In this document: in pieces, positions 8,948 through 18,426 of the stretch
How the letters are laid out: every line of letters starts with the position of its first letter
How positions within the stretch are numbered: the stretch's first letter is position 1
Origin: Acidimicrobiia bacterium
GTDB taxonomy: Bacteria; Actinomycetota; Acidimicrobiia; Spongiisociales; JAHEDJ01
NCBI GenBank assembly: GCA_029210695.1
Contig: JARGFH010000025.1
Span: 1-50,552, forward strand
Direction: 5' to 3'
DNA: 50,552 bases
Position numbers and translations under genes: made by a program
The notes under the pieces: model-generated
Databases searched by the model: none
Seen by the model: the letters and a program-made list of their open reading frames with translations, nothing else
Told to the model about the DNA's origin: nothing

Positions 8948-9190
8948 TCATGTGAGGGCGCCGGTGAGCAGGGTCTGGAGTTCGGCGACTTTGGGAACCC
9001 GCCCGGTCAGTACCACTTGTTCGTCGATGACCAGGGCTGGGGTGGACATGACCCCGTAGGCGGCGATAGCGGTGTAGTCGGTGACTTTCTCGATCTCAGC
9101 GTCCAGTCCGAGCAGGTTGACTGCTTGGGTGGTGCGTTTCTCGAGGGTTTGACAGTTGGCACAACCCGAACCGAGCACTTTGATCTTCAT
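8948..9190 (-). CDS. Small thioredoxin-like redox-active disulfide protein (MTH895-like)
   Basis: IKVLGSGCANC, YGVMSTPALVIDE. Confidence 0.9.
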   Translation of the reverse strand: MKIKVLGSGCANCQTLEKRTTQAVNLLGLDAEIEKVTDYTAIAAYGVMSTPALVIDEQVVLTGRVPKVAELQTLLTGALT

Positions 9191-9200
9191 GTGAGCCTCC

Positions 9201-10256
9201 TTATAGGACCAGATTGAATAGGAAACCGACCATCAGGATCCCAACTCCGACCACTCCGACGAAGACGCCGAGCAGGCGGGGTTTGAGGACCCGCCGTAAC
9301 AAGACCAGTTCCGGGACCGAGAGGGCGACCACCGACATCATGAACGCCAGGACCGTACCCAGGGCGAGGCCCTTGGCATAGAGGGCTTCGACCAAGGGCA
9401 GAATGCCGGCGGCGTTGGAGTAGAGGGGGATCCCGAGACCGACCGCTACCGGTACCGCCAGGGGATTGTCGGGTCCGGCGTACTCCACAAAGAACCCCTC
9501 CGGGACCCAGCCGTGGATGACGGCTCCGATCCCTATCCCCACCAACAGGTACGGCCAGATCTTTCGAATGATGGTCCGGACCTCTTCACGGGCGATAGCG
9601 AACCGGTCTGCCCAGCTCAAAGCAGTAGACATGTCGACGGGTTGGCCTCGAAGGGTTGTCTCGAAGACGAAGGGTTCCACCCACTTTTCGAGGCGGAGAC
9701 GGCCGATCACCCACCCGGCCACGATCGCCACCGCCAGTCCCGCGGTTACATAGAGGGCGGCGATCTTCCAACCGAACAGCCCGTACAGCAACACGATGGC
9801 GACTTCGTTGACCATTGGGCTGGCGATCAGGAAACTCATGGTGATACCCAAGGGAACTCCGGCTGCGACGAACCCGATGAATCCCGGTACCGCACTACAC
9901 GAGCAGAAGGGGGTGACCACCCCCAACCCGGCCGCAGCGATATTCCCAACCCCCTCGCGGCGGCCCCCCAGCAGAGCCCGGGTGCGTTCCACGCTCATGA
10001 AGCTCCGCAAAACGGTCACCGCGAAAATGATCCCGCCCAACAGCAGCAGTATCTTGACGGTGTCGTAGAAGAAGAACTCGACCGCCGAACCCCACCGGCT
10101 GACCGAATCGAACCCGGCCAGGTCGAAGACCGCCCACTCCCACAAAGACCTGTTCAGCTGATACGCCACCAGCCAGGCCCCAGCAGCGGCCAGCAACCCA
10201 CCCCACAGCCGCCACGGCGCACGCACGACCGGCGCAGACTGCAGGCCGGTGCTCAC
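9201..10256 (-). CDS. ArsP/DUF318 family permease
   Basis: TPFCSCSAVP, FLIASPMVNE, PLYSNAAG, ALSVPE. Confidence 0.9.
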   Translation of the reverse strand: MSTGLQSAPVVRAPWRLWGGLLAAAGAWLVAYQLNRSLWEWAVFDLAGFDSVSRWGSAVEFFFYDTVKILLLLGGIIFAVTVLRSFMSVERTRALLGGRREGVGNIAAAGLGVVTPFCSCSAVPGFIGFVAAGVPLGITMSFLIASPMVNEVAIVLLYGLFGWKIAALYVTAGLAVAIVAGWVIGRLRLEKWVEPFVFETTLRGQPVDMSTALSWADRFAIAREEVRTIIRKIWPYLLVGIGIGAVIHGWVPEGFFVEYAGPDNPLAVPVAVGLGIPLYSNAAGILPLVEALYAKGLALGTVLAFMMSVVALSVPELVLLRRVLKPRLLGVFVGVVGVGILMVGFLFNLVL

Positions 10257-10558
10257 CGCCCGCCCTCAACAAGCTCGGCAGGGAGGGACCCGCGCACCAG
10301 GTCAGCCGCCGCGTCTGCGAGCCGGTAGTCGACCCAGCGGCCCCGCTTGGAGGCTTCCACCAAACCGGCTTCCCGCAGCACCCGCAGGTGATAGGACAGC
10401 AGATTGGGGGCGACGTCGATGGTCTCCTGTAACTCGCACACACACTTCAAGCCGCAGGTCAGTTCGTCAAGGACCTGCAAACGGATCGGGTCCCCCAACG
10501 CCGAAAACAAGGTCGCCCGCTCTTCAAGCGTTGTTGATTCAAGAATCATTGAACTCAT
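10253..10558 (-). CDS. arsR: ArsR-family repressor (arsenite-type CVC site)
   Basis: ALGDPIRLQVL..KCVCEL..LSYHLRVLREAGLV. Confidence 0.85.
   Translation of the reverse strand: MSSMILESTTLEERATLFSALGDPIRLQVLDELTCGLKCVCELQETIDVAPNLLSYHLRVLREAGLVEASKRGRWVDYRLADAAADLVRGSLPAELVEGGR
10538..10553. promoter_or_regulatory. Candidate ArsR operator in the first codons of arsR
   Basis: TTCAA-N6-TTGAA; minus-strand -10-like CACAAT at 10570-10565 suggests a leaderless start. Confidence 0.5.
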
Positions 10559-10690
10559 AAGCACATTGTGACATGAGCACGGCCCAGCGGTTAGGGGCGA
10601 AGGTCCCGAATTGGCCACAGACCGGTGCCTGCAAGCCGCGGCCACCCCGGCAAAGGTCCATAGCGTGGTCTGCCCTGATGCAGTTGCAGA

Positions 10691-10855
10691 GGGGTCTTGC
10701 CAGACTCCCTTGTCGAGTTCTTCGATCTGGCCGCAACCGACAAGATGAGACCGGTGATTGCCGAACGCTTCCCTCTGCTCGAAGCCTCCCATGCCCACGA
10801 GTTCAGGGAGCGTGGCGGATATGCCGGCAAGGTGGTCTTGACCTCTGATGCCTGA
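10691..10855 (+). pseudogene. C-terminal remnant of an MDR/zinc-type dehydrogenase
   Basis: Manual translation FDLAATDKMRPVIAERFPLLEASHAHE..GKVVL*. Confidence 0.55.
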
Positions 10856-10992
10856 CCGGATCTTGCTCTCCGAACCTGCATGCAAATCCGGCGGTCCAGA
10901 ACACCGGAACTGGCCGCAGGAACGGACTGGTAGCGAATCGCACAGAACGCCCAATATGCGCCGTATCGCCCGCCACTAGGGGCGCACCGCGG

Positions 10993-11601
10993 CTATGTAG
11001 AGCCGAGGGTTTCTCCCGACGAGAGCCTGCGGATGGTTTCTTCTATTCGGTTGGCACGGGCAGCCGGCCGTTTGGCGGTGTGAATCCACCACAGGTACTG
11101 CTTCTTGGCCGAGGCGTAAAGAGCCTGATAAGCGGCCCTAGCGGCCGGGGCGGCATCGAGGGCGGCTTGCAGATCAGCCGGGACAATCAGGGCATCGACC
11201 TGGTCGGTCTGAGACCACGAGCCGTCGGCCCTTGCCTCGTCGATCGTCGCCTGACCGACCTCGGTCATGAGTCCGTCGCGTACCAGCCGCTTGATCCGGT
11301 CCTTGTTGAGCGCCGACCACAAGCCGCCCTTTCGACGGGGGGAAAACCACTGCATCATTCGGTCGCCGTCAACGCGCCGGGATTGACTGTCGATCCACCC
11401 GAAGCACAGTGCTTCTTCGACCAGGTCGTCGTACACCGGACCGTCGAGGCTGCTCGACTTCTTGCGGTAAACGATCCACAGACCCTCTTGCCGGTCGGGG
11501 TTCGAAGCGAGCCAACTACGCCAGCCGGCACGGCTGACTGGCGCCATGACGTCTTTTCCATTCGGTGAAGGGGGATCCTCTAGGTCGGCGGTTCGTGTCA
11601 T
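10993..11601 (-). CDS. YdeI/OmpD-associated family protein
   Basis: VEEALCFGWID, FSPRR..WSALNK, WIHTAKRPAAR..RI. Confidence 0.85.
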   Translation of the reverse strand: MTRTADLEDPPSPNGKDVMAPVSRAGWRSWLASNPDRQEGLWIVYRKKSSSLDGPVYDDLVEEALCFGWIDSQSRRVDGDRMMQWFSPRRKGGLWSALNKDRIKRLVRDGLMTEVGQATIDEARADGSWSQTDQVDALIVPADLQAALDAAPAARAAYQALYASAKKQYLWWIHTAKRPAARANRIEETIRRLSSGETLGST

Positions 11602-11837
11602 CGCTACCGACCCTACGCCGAGGAAGGGGGAGCGGCGCACTTTGCGGTCGTCCATGATCGTCGGCCGTAGCTCGCCCCCGATGTCGAGGCGCCCGGAGAC
11701 GCCGTCGCGCAGGTCTCACTGGACGGCGTCAATGCTCGACCCGAGAGTCGATCGAACCAGCGTCCGGCGGAGGAGCGGTTCCATTCGCGGGCAAGGGGCG
11801 GCTGGACCGGTTCCAGCACCCGAGCGCACCGCTCATA

Positions 11838-11867
11838 CATCTGAATATCTGAGCTCGTATTCAGGTG
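11838..11867. promoter_or_regulatory. Inverted repeat, candidate SmtB/CzrA-type operator
   Basis: CATCTGAATA-N10-TATTCAGGTG (9/10 match). Confidence 0.4.
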
Positions 11868-11996
11868 CTAGTGGTCCGTCGCGGATTTGGTGACTTGGTC
11901 TCCTGCCGGACGATCCCCGCTGTGGCAGGGTTCGTGGCACTGCCTACCCCGGTCATCAAATAGCAGACAGACCACTAGTGGCCATATTCTGCCCTG

Positions 11997-12356
11997 ATGA
12001 GCCAGTCGAGTGATACTTCTGATCTCAGCCACGATTCGAAGCCTGGTCGGTTGTTGGGACTCGACGATGCCCACTTGCTGGCGGAACGGTTCAAACTTCT
12101 GAGTGATTCAAGGCGGTTGCGCATCATCGACGCCCTGCTGGAGACAGGCGATATCTGCGTGAGCGATCTGGCCTGCCTGGTCGAAGCCAGCGAGTCGGTG
12201 ACCAGCCACCAACTCCGGCAGCTGCGGTTGGCCGGTCTGGTCCGGGCTCGTAAACGGGGCCGGGAGGTGTTCTATGGAGTCGCAGACACCCATGTGCGGT
12301 TGCTGCTCGACGTGGCAGTCGAACACTATCTGCACGGGCATGAGGAGCACCGATGA
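11997..12356 (+). CDS. ArsR/SmtB repressor with an alpha5 Zn/Co site
   Basis: D-T-H-x10-H-x2-H (DTHVRLLLDVAVEHYLH); SHQLRQLR. Confidence 0.85.
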   Translation: MSQSSDTSDLSHDSKPGRLLGLDDAHLLAERFKLLSDSRRLRIIDALLETGDICVSDLACLVEASESVTSHQLRQLRLAGLVRARKRGREVFYGVADTHVRLLLDVAVEHYLHGHEEHR

Positions 12357-13255
12357 GCGTTCCGCACACTCACGTCCCCCGGGCCGGGCGCCGTCATCTC
12401 CGCCCCTTGGCCATCGCTTTCCTACTCGTGGCGTCATTCATGGTGGTCGAGGCGGTGGCCGGGTTCCTGACTGGTTCGCTGGCGTTGATCTCCGACGCCG
12501 GGCACATGGCCACCGATGCCCTCGGCTTGGGAATGGCGTTAGCGGCGATCGTCGCCGGTGATCGGGCGCAGACCGGCAACGGACGAACCTACGGGCTGTA
12601 CCGGCTGGAGATCCTCGCCGCCCTCGCCAACGCGGTGCTGCTCTTCGCCGTGGCCGGCTACGTCATCTTCGAAGCCGTCCAACGGATCCAGGAGCCATCC
12701 GAAGTGCTGGCCACACCGATGCTGGTGGTGGCGGTCGCCGGCCTGGCGATCAATTTGATCGGTTGGAGGCTCCTCCGGTCGGGAGCAGAAGAGTCGATCA
12801 ACGTCAAGGGCGCCTACCTCGAGGTTCTGGCGGATCTCGCCGGTTCAGTGGGGGTGATCGTCGCCGCCCTGGTCATGATCCTCACCGGCTGGCCCTACGC
12901 AGATCCGCTCTTTGCCGCACTCATCGGGCTGTTCATCCTCCCCAGAGCGTGGAAGCTCGGACACCAGGCGCTTCGCATTCTCGTGCAGGCGGCACCGGCG
13001 GGCCTCGACCTCGACGAACTTCGTTCGGACCTCGCCTCGATCCCCGGCGTGGTCGACGTTCACGACCTCCACGTGTGGACCCTCACCTCTGAGATGGACG
13101 TTGCCACCGTCCACCTCATGATCGGCGAAGGAACGGAACCCCACCAGGTCCTCGACCGGGCGCGTTACCTGCTCGAGGATCGCCACGACATTGCTCACGC
13201 CACTCTCCAGGTGGAGCCGGACACCCACCAGGGCTGTTCCGAGATGAGCTGGTAA
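12353..13255 (+). CDS. czcD: CDF-family Zn/Co/Cd exporter
   Basis: SLALISDAGHMATD, TYGLYRLEILAA, HDLHVW, HATLQVE. Confidence 0.92.
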   Translation: MSVPHTHVPRAGRRHLRPLAIAFLLVASFMVVEAVAGFLTGSLALISDAGHMATDALGLGMALAAIVAGDRAQTGNGRTYGLYRLEILAALANAVLLFAVAGYVIFEAVQRIQEPSEVLATPMLVVAVAGLAINLIGWRLLRSGAEESINVKGAYLEVLADLAGSVGVIVAALVMILTGWPYADPLFAALIGLFILPRAWKLGHQALRILVQAAPAGLDLDELRSDLASIPGVVDVHDLHVWTLTSEMDVATVHLMIGEGTEPHQVLDRARYLLEDRHDIAHATLQVEPDTHQGCSEMSW

Positions 13256-13382
13256 TCAGGCTTACAGATTCACTGGATCAGCCGTCGGTTTTGGCTGCCG
13301 CCCGTGCTCACGGAGAGGCGATCGAAAACCGGGCGGGGGCCGCGACTGTACTCCGATTTGGGTGGCAGGCCCGATGTTGCCC

Positions 13383-13415
13383 CTTGACATTCCAGTCGAA
13401 TGGAAGGTGTATGGT
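13383..13415 (+). promoter_or_regulatory. MerR-type promoter/operator, copy A
   Basis: TTGACA, 20-nt spacer with dyad TTCCA-N6-TGGAA, TATGGT; 28/29 identical to 22313-22341. Confidence 0.75.
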
Positions 13416-13567
13416 GCTGGAGTGGCAAGTTCCCAACCTTCCCGATGGGTACGACGTACCGGTCGTGTTCGTTCCCGGCCAACCGGGCGAACCGATGTTG
13501 CCAAGTTTCCGTCTCGGGACACCGCCTTCGACACCGCGGTTGCCACCATCGACGATCGAAGAGGAGG

Positions 13568-13720
13568 ATGACCATCGTGAAAGATCCTGTCTGTGGAATG
13601 GAAGTAGGAGAGGGAGCGATCCGCGTCGAGGGATATGACGACGTGGCCTTTTGCTGCGAACACTGCAAAAAGACCTTCCTTGCCGATCCGTCCGCCTATC
13701 TCAGCAAGGATCCCCACTGA
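13568..13720 (+). CDS. YHS/TRASH-domain metal-binding protein
   Basis: KDPVCGMEV...FCCEHCKKTFLADPSAY. Confidence 0.85.
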   Translation: MTIVKDPVCGMEVGEGAIRVEGYDDVAFCCEHCKKTFLADPSAYLSKDPH

Positions 13721-13741
13721 GTTGACCGAAAGGAATTAACT

Positions 13742-14158
13742 GTGCGTTTAGCCAGAATGATGGTCGTGTTCGTGGTGTTGGTCATGAGCGCGGTGGCCTG
13801 CGGGGGTGGTGCTGCCCCGGAAGGCACCATCAAAGTGACGGCCTCGGACATGAAGATCGAAAGCAACTACACGACCTTCAAGGTTGGTGTTCCGTACCAT
13901 TTTGAAGTCACCAACGAAGGGGCGATTCCCCATGAGGTCATGCTGATCCAACCTATTGAGGGTGGGATGATGACCATGGAAGAGATGGACGCAATGGCCC
14001 GGGGCATGGTGGAGGCAGATGACCTTCCGTCCGGCGCGACGGCATCCTTCGATTACACCTTCACTTCGGCTGATGTGGGGACTCCTTTGGAGTTGTCGTG
14101 CCATGTTGAGGGTCACTACGAGGCGGGGATGTTCCTACCGATTACGGTCGAGGAATAG
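13742..14158 (+). CDS. Cupredoxin lipoprotein
   Basis: Lipobox AVAC; type-1 Cu ligands PHE..CHVEGHYEAGM; Met-rich loop. Confidence 0.85.
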   Translation: MRLARMMVVFVVLVMSAVACGGGAAPEGTIKVTASDMKIESNYTTFKVGVPYHFEVTNEGAIPHEVMLIQPIEGGMMTMEEMDAMARGMVEADDLPSGATASFDYTFTSADVGTPLELSCHVEGHYEAGMFLPITVEE

Positions 14159-14246
14159 AACCCTTCAGCTAATGGGGACCGGTGGGCGCTTCGGGTGGTT
14201 GTCCATCCGGAGTGTGGGGCGAGACCCGATCGAGCGAAGGAAAACC

Positions 14247-14645
14247 GTGCGGCGTACGACCCAGGGGTTGGCGGTCAGCGCGATGGCGATTGTCTTGGCA
14301 GGTTGCGGTGGCTCTGGTTCCGCCGTCGACATGGAGGTGTTGAATCAGGACCCCGGGTTGGTTGCCATCGGGGCTGACCTGTACGCCACGGCCTGTGCAA
14401 GCTGTCATGGTGATGACCTTCGAGGAACCGAGGAAGGTCCCTCTCACCTGTCGGAGGTTTATGAACCGAGCCATCACGCCGATGGGGCGTTCCTGTTGGC
14501 GGTCCGTCGTGGCGTTGCGCCGCATCATTGGTCGTTTGGGCCGATGCCGCCGGTCGAGGGTCTCACCGACGATGATGTCGAGGCGATCGTTGCGTTTGTG
14601 CGGGATGTCCAGGGTCGGGAGGGATTCGAGTCATACCCGCCCTAG
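14247..14645 (+). CDS. Monoheme cytochrome c lipoprotein
   Basis: Lipobox LAGC; CASCH; HHWSFGPMPP. Confidence 0.85.
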   Translation: MRRTTQGLAVSAMAIVLAGCGGSGSAVDMEVLNQDPGLVAIGADLYATACASCHGDDLRGTEEGPSHLSEVYEPSHHADGAFLLAVRRGVAPHHWSFGPMPPVEGLTDDDVEAIVAFVRDVQGREGFESYPP

Positions 14646-14671
14646 CGGGTAGGTTCGCATACCCTTGGTGC

Positions 14672-15166
14672 ATGCGAAGTGGGCTCTTGTTGGTGGTCGT
14701 TGCCGTGTTTTTGGTGTTGGCTGGGTGTTCGAGTGCGGCAGATACGACTACCACCTTCAGTTTGCCGGCCCTTCCGGGAAGCCCAACCGTGCCCGGGGGA
14801 GAGCCGTTGCGGGAGTTGGACTCGGATAAGATCGCGGCGGGCGAGGACCTTTACGCCGGTTTATGCGCCTCATGTCATGGCGCCGATCTGAAGGGTGATC
14901 CAGATTGGCAAGTGATGAACGCGGACGGCAGTTTCCCGCCACCTCCTCAGGACTCCTCCGGCCATACCTGGCATCACGGCGATGATCTTCTGGTCGAGAT
15001 CATCCTGACTGGCTCCGAGTTTCCCCAGAGCAGGATGCCGGCGTTTGCGGGTCAGGTAACCGAGGCAGAGGTTCTTTCGATCCTCGAGTTCTTCAAATCG
15101 ACGTGGGGTCCTCAGGAACGAACCCTCCAATGGGAGGTAACCCTCCGCGAGCGCGCTTCGTCCTGA
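14672..15166 (+). CDS. Monoheme cytochrome c lipoprotein
   Basis: LAGC; CASCHG; GHTWHH; MPAF. Confidence 0.85.
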   Translation: MRSGLLLVVVAVFLVLAGCSSAADTTTTFSLPALPGSPTVPGGEPLRELDSDKIAAGEDLYAGLCASCHGADLKGDPDWQVMNADGSFPPPPQDSSGHTWHHGDDLLVEIILTGSEFPQSRMPAFAGQVTEAEVLSILEFFKSTWGPQERTLQWEVTLRERASS

Positions 15167-15214
15167 CCAGGGCTTGGTCGAAGCCGGGTCGAGTGCCCAG
15201 CGGACTCAGGTTCA

Positions 15215-15233
15215 CCTTTATTGAAGCTTTACC
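15215..15233 (+). promoter_or_regulatory. Candidate OmpR-family binding box, copy A
   Basis: CCTTTATTGAAGCTTTACC (CTTTA at 11-bp period); 17/19 match to the reverse complement of 21773-21791. Confidence 0.65.
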
Positions 15234-15341
15234 TGTGCCCACATCCTGTCGTGACCTTGATCAGTTTGTATGGCGCCAAGAACAGAAACAGATGGGGGCA
15301 CCTCAATGGGCGGCTCCCAGAATCAGGAGAGGAAGAATCAG

Positions 15342-15737
15342 ATGCGTAGGTCGATCTTTGTAGGTGTTGTCGTCGCAAGCCTGGTAGCGGTCGGTGCAGC
15401 TGTGGCACTGGCCCAGCAGCCGGACCAGGGAAGTAGCCAACTGGATGAGGGGCTGCGACCTCCCAACGAGATGTACTCGCCGATGGCCGAGAACTGGGAT
15501 GATATGCCCATGAACAGCGGCACTACTAGCGAGTGGATGTCCGGCAACTGGGATGAGATGCCCATGTTCGGCGGTTCGGGTGTGGTCGGGGAGGATTGGC
15601 AGCAGTTTCATGATGAGATGCATTCGTGGATGAGCGAGAACTGGAATGAGATACCGATGAACGGCGGTATTACCAGCGGCTGGATGTCCGGCAACTGGGA
15701 TGAGACGCCCATGCACGGCGGAGGCTTCAGCGGATAG
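15342..15737 (+). CDS. Secreted Met/Trp-rich repeat protein
   Basis: RBS; signal peptide ending ALA; four MxxNWxxxPM units. Confidence 0.75.
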   Translation: MRRSIFVGVVVASLVAVGAAVALAQQPDQGSSQLDEGLRPPNEMYSPMAENWDDMPMNSGTTSEWMSGNWDEMPMFGGSGVVGEDWQQFHDEMHSWMSENWNEIPMNGGITSGWMSGNWDETPMHGGGFSG

Positions 15738-15852
15738 ATGGTGGATTGCCGAGGTGAAGGTGAGGTTGGTAGGTGACCTCACTGGCGGACCACTTGCCTA
15801 ATCCAGCGAAGGTAGGGGCGGACTCTCGCGAGCCGCCCCTACCATATTGGGC

Positions 15853-16557
15853 ATGGAACGGCGAAGGGTCCTTATCATCGACGATGAGCGGGAGTTGCGC
15901 ACGATGCTCAGCTCCTATCTCCAGGCGGAGGGATTCGAAACCCTCGAGGCAGCCGACGGGCAGCAAGGCCTCGAGTCCGCAACGAAAACCGAACCCGACC
16001 TCATCGTCCTCGACGTGGGGCTTCCGGGAATCGACGGCTTCGAGGTGCTTCGCAGACTGCGGCAGCGTTCCGATGTGCCGGTGATCATGTTGACCGCCCG
16101 AGCCGAGGAAATGGACCGGGTGGTCGGGCTCACCGTCGGGGCCGACGACTATGTCACTAAACCGTTCAGTCCCCGGGAGGTTTCGGCTCGTATCACAGCC
16201 ATCCTCAGGCGGAGCTCGATGGCCATGCGGTCCTTGGATGATGCCGAGCCGGTGCTGCGCTTCGAAGGCTTAACGATCGATCCGGCCAGGCGGGAGGTGG
16301 TGCGTGACGGGATACCCGTCGAGATTTCGACTCTGGAGTTCGATCTGCTGGCCGCGTTGGCTACCTCACCCGGTCGAGTGTTCAGCCGCGAGCAGTTGAT
16401 GGAGAAGGTGTGGGGTTGGGATTACTTCGGTGTGGACCGGGTGGTAGACGTCCACGTGGTCAACATCCGCAAGGCGCTGGGCGACGACCCGGCACATCCT
16501 CGCTTTGTCGGTACGGTGCGTGGGGTCGGCTACAAGTTCGTGGGAGACCGGCTGTGA
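15853..16557 (+). CDS. OmpR-family response regulator (CopR-like)
   Basis: IIDDE, VLDVGLP, GADDYVTKPF, TVRGVGY. Confidence 0.95.
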   Translation: MERRRVLIIDDERELRTMLSSYLQAEGFETLEAADGQQGLESATKTEPDLIVLDVGLPGIDGFEVLRRLRQRSDVPVIMLTARAEEMDRVVGLTVGADDYVTKPFSPREVSARITAILRRSSMAMRSLDDAEPVLRFEGLTIDPARREVVRDGIPVEISTLEFDLLAALATSPGRVFSREQLMEKVWGWDYFGVDRVVDVHVVNIRKALGDDPAHPRFVGTVRGVGYKFVGDRL

Positions 16558-17651
16558 AAGGCTGGTTCCGGAGTCTGCGAGTCCGGCTCTTGATCATGCA
16601 GCTGGCGGTGATCATTGTCGGGGTGGTGGCGCTGGTGGTGGTGATTGAGCCGCTGGCCAAGACTTTCTTTCAGGGTCACCTGGACACCATGAACCAGATG
16701 ATGGAGGGGATGATGGGCGACGTGCTGGCTCGTGACCTCGAGTCGGCCTTCGACAATTCGCTGGGGCGGTCGCTAGCCATCTCGGTGGCGGCCAGCACGG
16801 TGACCGCTCTGGCTTTGAGTGCGTTCGCTACCCGCCGGATTCTGGCCCCGCTCGACAGCGTTCGCGCCGCCTCCCGGCGGATGGCCGGCGGTTCGTACGG
16901 GGAGCGGGTGGCGGCCCCGTCGGAGGTCGAGTTGGCGGCTCTTGCCGATGATTTCAACGCGTTGGCGGAGGCATTAGACACAACCGAGCAGCGGCGGGTT
17001 CGTCTCATTTCTGAGATCGCTCATGAGCTGCGTACTCCCCTCACCACCGTCGAGGGATATTTGGAGGGGATGCTGGACGGTGTCTTCGAACCGAGCGAAG
17101 AGACCCTCGGGGCGTCCATTCGCGAGGTTCGCCGGATCAAGCGGCTGGCCGATGACCTGTCGCTGTTGTCGAAGACCGAGGAAGCGGTCCAACCTCTCAA
17201 TCCGGTCGAACTTGATGTTGCAGCGCTGTCCGCGGAGGCCGCCGACCGGCTCCGCCCGCAGTTCGAGGCAGAGGCGATCGACCTGGTGGTTGACGCAGCC
17301 GCCGGTCTGATGGTTCGGGCCGACCCCGACCGGATAACTCAGGTGCTCACCAATATCCTCGGCAATGCTCTCGCTTACACCCCGGAGGGAGGCTCGGTGC
17401 GGGTCGAGGCAACAGCACAGGACGGGATGGCGCTGGTTCGAGTCATCGATAGCGGCAAGGGGTTGACGGCCGAGCAGCGTGAGGCGGTGTTCGAGCGCTT
17501 CTACCGGGTCGACCCGACCGCGCCCGGAGGCTCTGGGATCGGTCTGACGATCGCCCGAAGTATCGCCCGACGCCACGGCGGTGAGGTGCACGCCGAATCG
17601 GCGGGACCGGGCCGAGGTTCGACCTTCACCCTCCGTATTCCGATCGCCTGA
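16554..17651 (+). CDS. HAMP sensor histidine kinase (CopS-like)
   Basis: IAHELRTPL and N/G boxes; Met/His-rich external loop HLDTMNQMMEGMMG; GTGA overlap. Confidence 0.9.
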   Translation: MKGWFRSLRVRLLIMQLAVIIVGVVALVVVIEPLAKTFFQGHLDTMNQMMEGMMGDVLARDLESAFDNSLGRSLAISVAASTVTALALSAFATRRILAPLDSVRAASRRMAGGSYGERVAAPSEVELAALADDFNALAEALDTTEQRRVRLISEIAHELRTPLTTVEGYLEGMLDGVFEPSEETLGASIREVRRIKRLADDLSLLSKTEEAVQPLNPVELDVAALSAEAADRLRPQFEAEAIDLVVDAAAGLMVRADPDRITQVLTNILGNALAYTPEGGSVRVEATAQDGMALVRVIDSGKGLTAEQREAVFERFYRVDPTAPGGSGIGLTIARSIARRHGGEVHAESAGPGRGSTFTLRIPIA

Positions 17652-17711
17652 CGCCGCCGGGGCGGGGCCAGGCAATACCTACGGGCCGCGGCACCCCTGT
17701 CTTGGATCCGA

Positions 17712-18362
17712 TTAGCTGCCGGGTGCCGGCTGAACGGGGTCGGTCTCGAGGGAATCCGGAGCCCGGCCGGCGAGCATGTCGTCGAGGACGGCCGCCAGTG
17801 CGGCAAAGGTTGATTCGCCGCTGATCTTGGCCACCACCACACCTTCTCGGTCGATGAAGAAGGTCTCCGGTATCCCGTAGACTCCGTAATCCACCCCCAG
17901 CCGTGATCCCTCGTCGACCACATTTGGATAACCCCGGCCGAGTTCGTTGAGGAAGGCAATTGCGTCTCCGAGTTCGTCCTGAAACACGACGCCGACAAGT
18001 CGGGCGCCTTGCTCGCGGTAGGCGTTGGCGGCGGCCAACAGGTCGTCGTGTTCTTGCCGGCAGCCGACGCACCACGACGCCCAGAAGTTGAGTACGACGA
18101 TCTGACCTCGCAACTCCGAGAGCGAGAGCTGCCCTTCTTGTTCGAGGAAGGGGAGGGTCGCATCCGGGCTGGGTTTGCCGATGAGGGGGGATTCGACCAG
18201 ACGGGGGTCTTTGCCGAAGCGGCTCCCCAAGACGACACCGAGCGCCAGCGTCAACGCGACAAAGGAGAACACGGCCAGCCGGAGGCCCCACCGTCTCTTT
18301 GAACGCGTAGCAGCCGCATCTCTGGTCGTTTGTTCCATATCTGTGAGGAGTTCACTGCTCAT
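17712..18362 (-). CDS. TlpA/DsbE/ResA-like membrane-anchored thiol-disulfide oxidoreductase
   Basis: TM anchor; NFWASWCVGC; YGIPETFFID. Confidence 0.9.
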   Translation of the reverse strand: MSSELLTDMEQTTRDAAATRSKRRWGLRLAVFSFVALTLALGVVLGSRFGKDPRLVESPLIGKPSPDATLPFLEQEGQLSLSELRGQIVVLNFWASWCVGCRQEHDDLLAAANAYREQGARLVGVVFQDELGDAIAFLNELGRGYPNVVDEGSRLGVDYGVYGIPETFFIDREGVVVAKISGESTFAALAAVLDDMLAGRAPDSLETDPVQPAPGS

Positions 18363-18426
18363 AGGGTCTCGTCCTTCAGAGTCATGTCGTACCGGGCTGG
18401 TGGTTTGACGGGTCACATCGATGCCT

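Noticed and set aside
10559..10954. Long N-terminal extension of ArsR in the 233-aa ORF
   Set aside because: It is antisense to an MDR remnant and spans the promoter.
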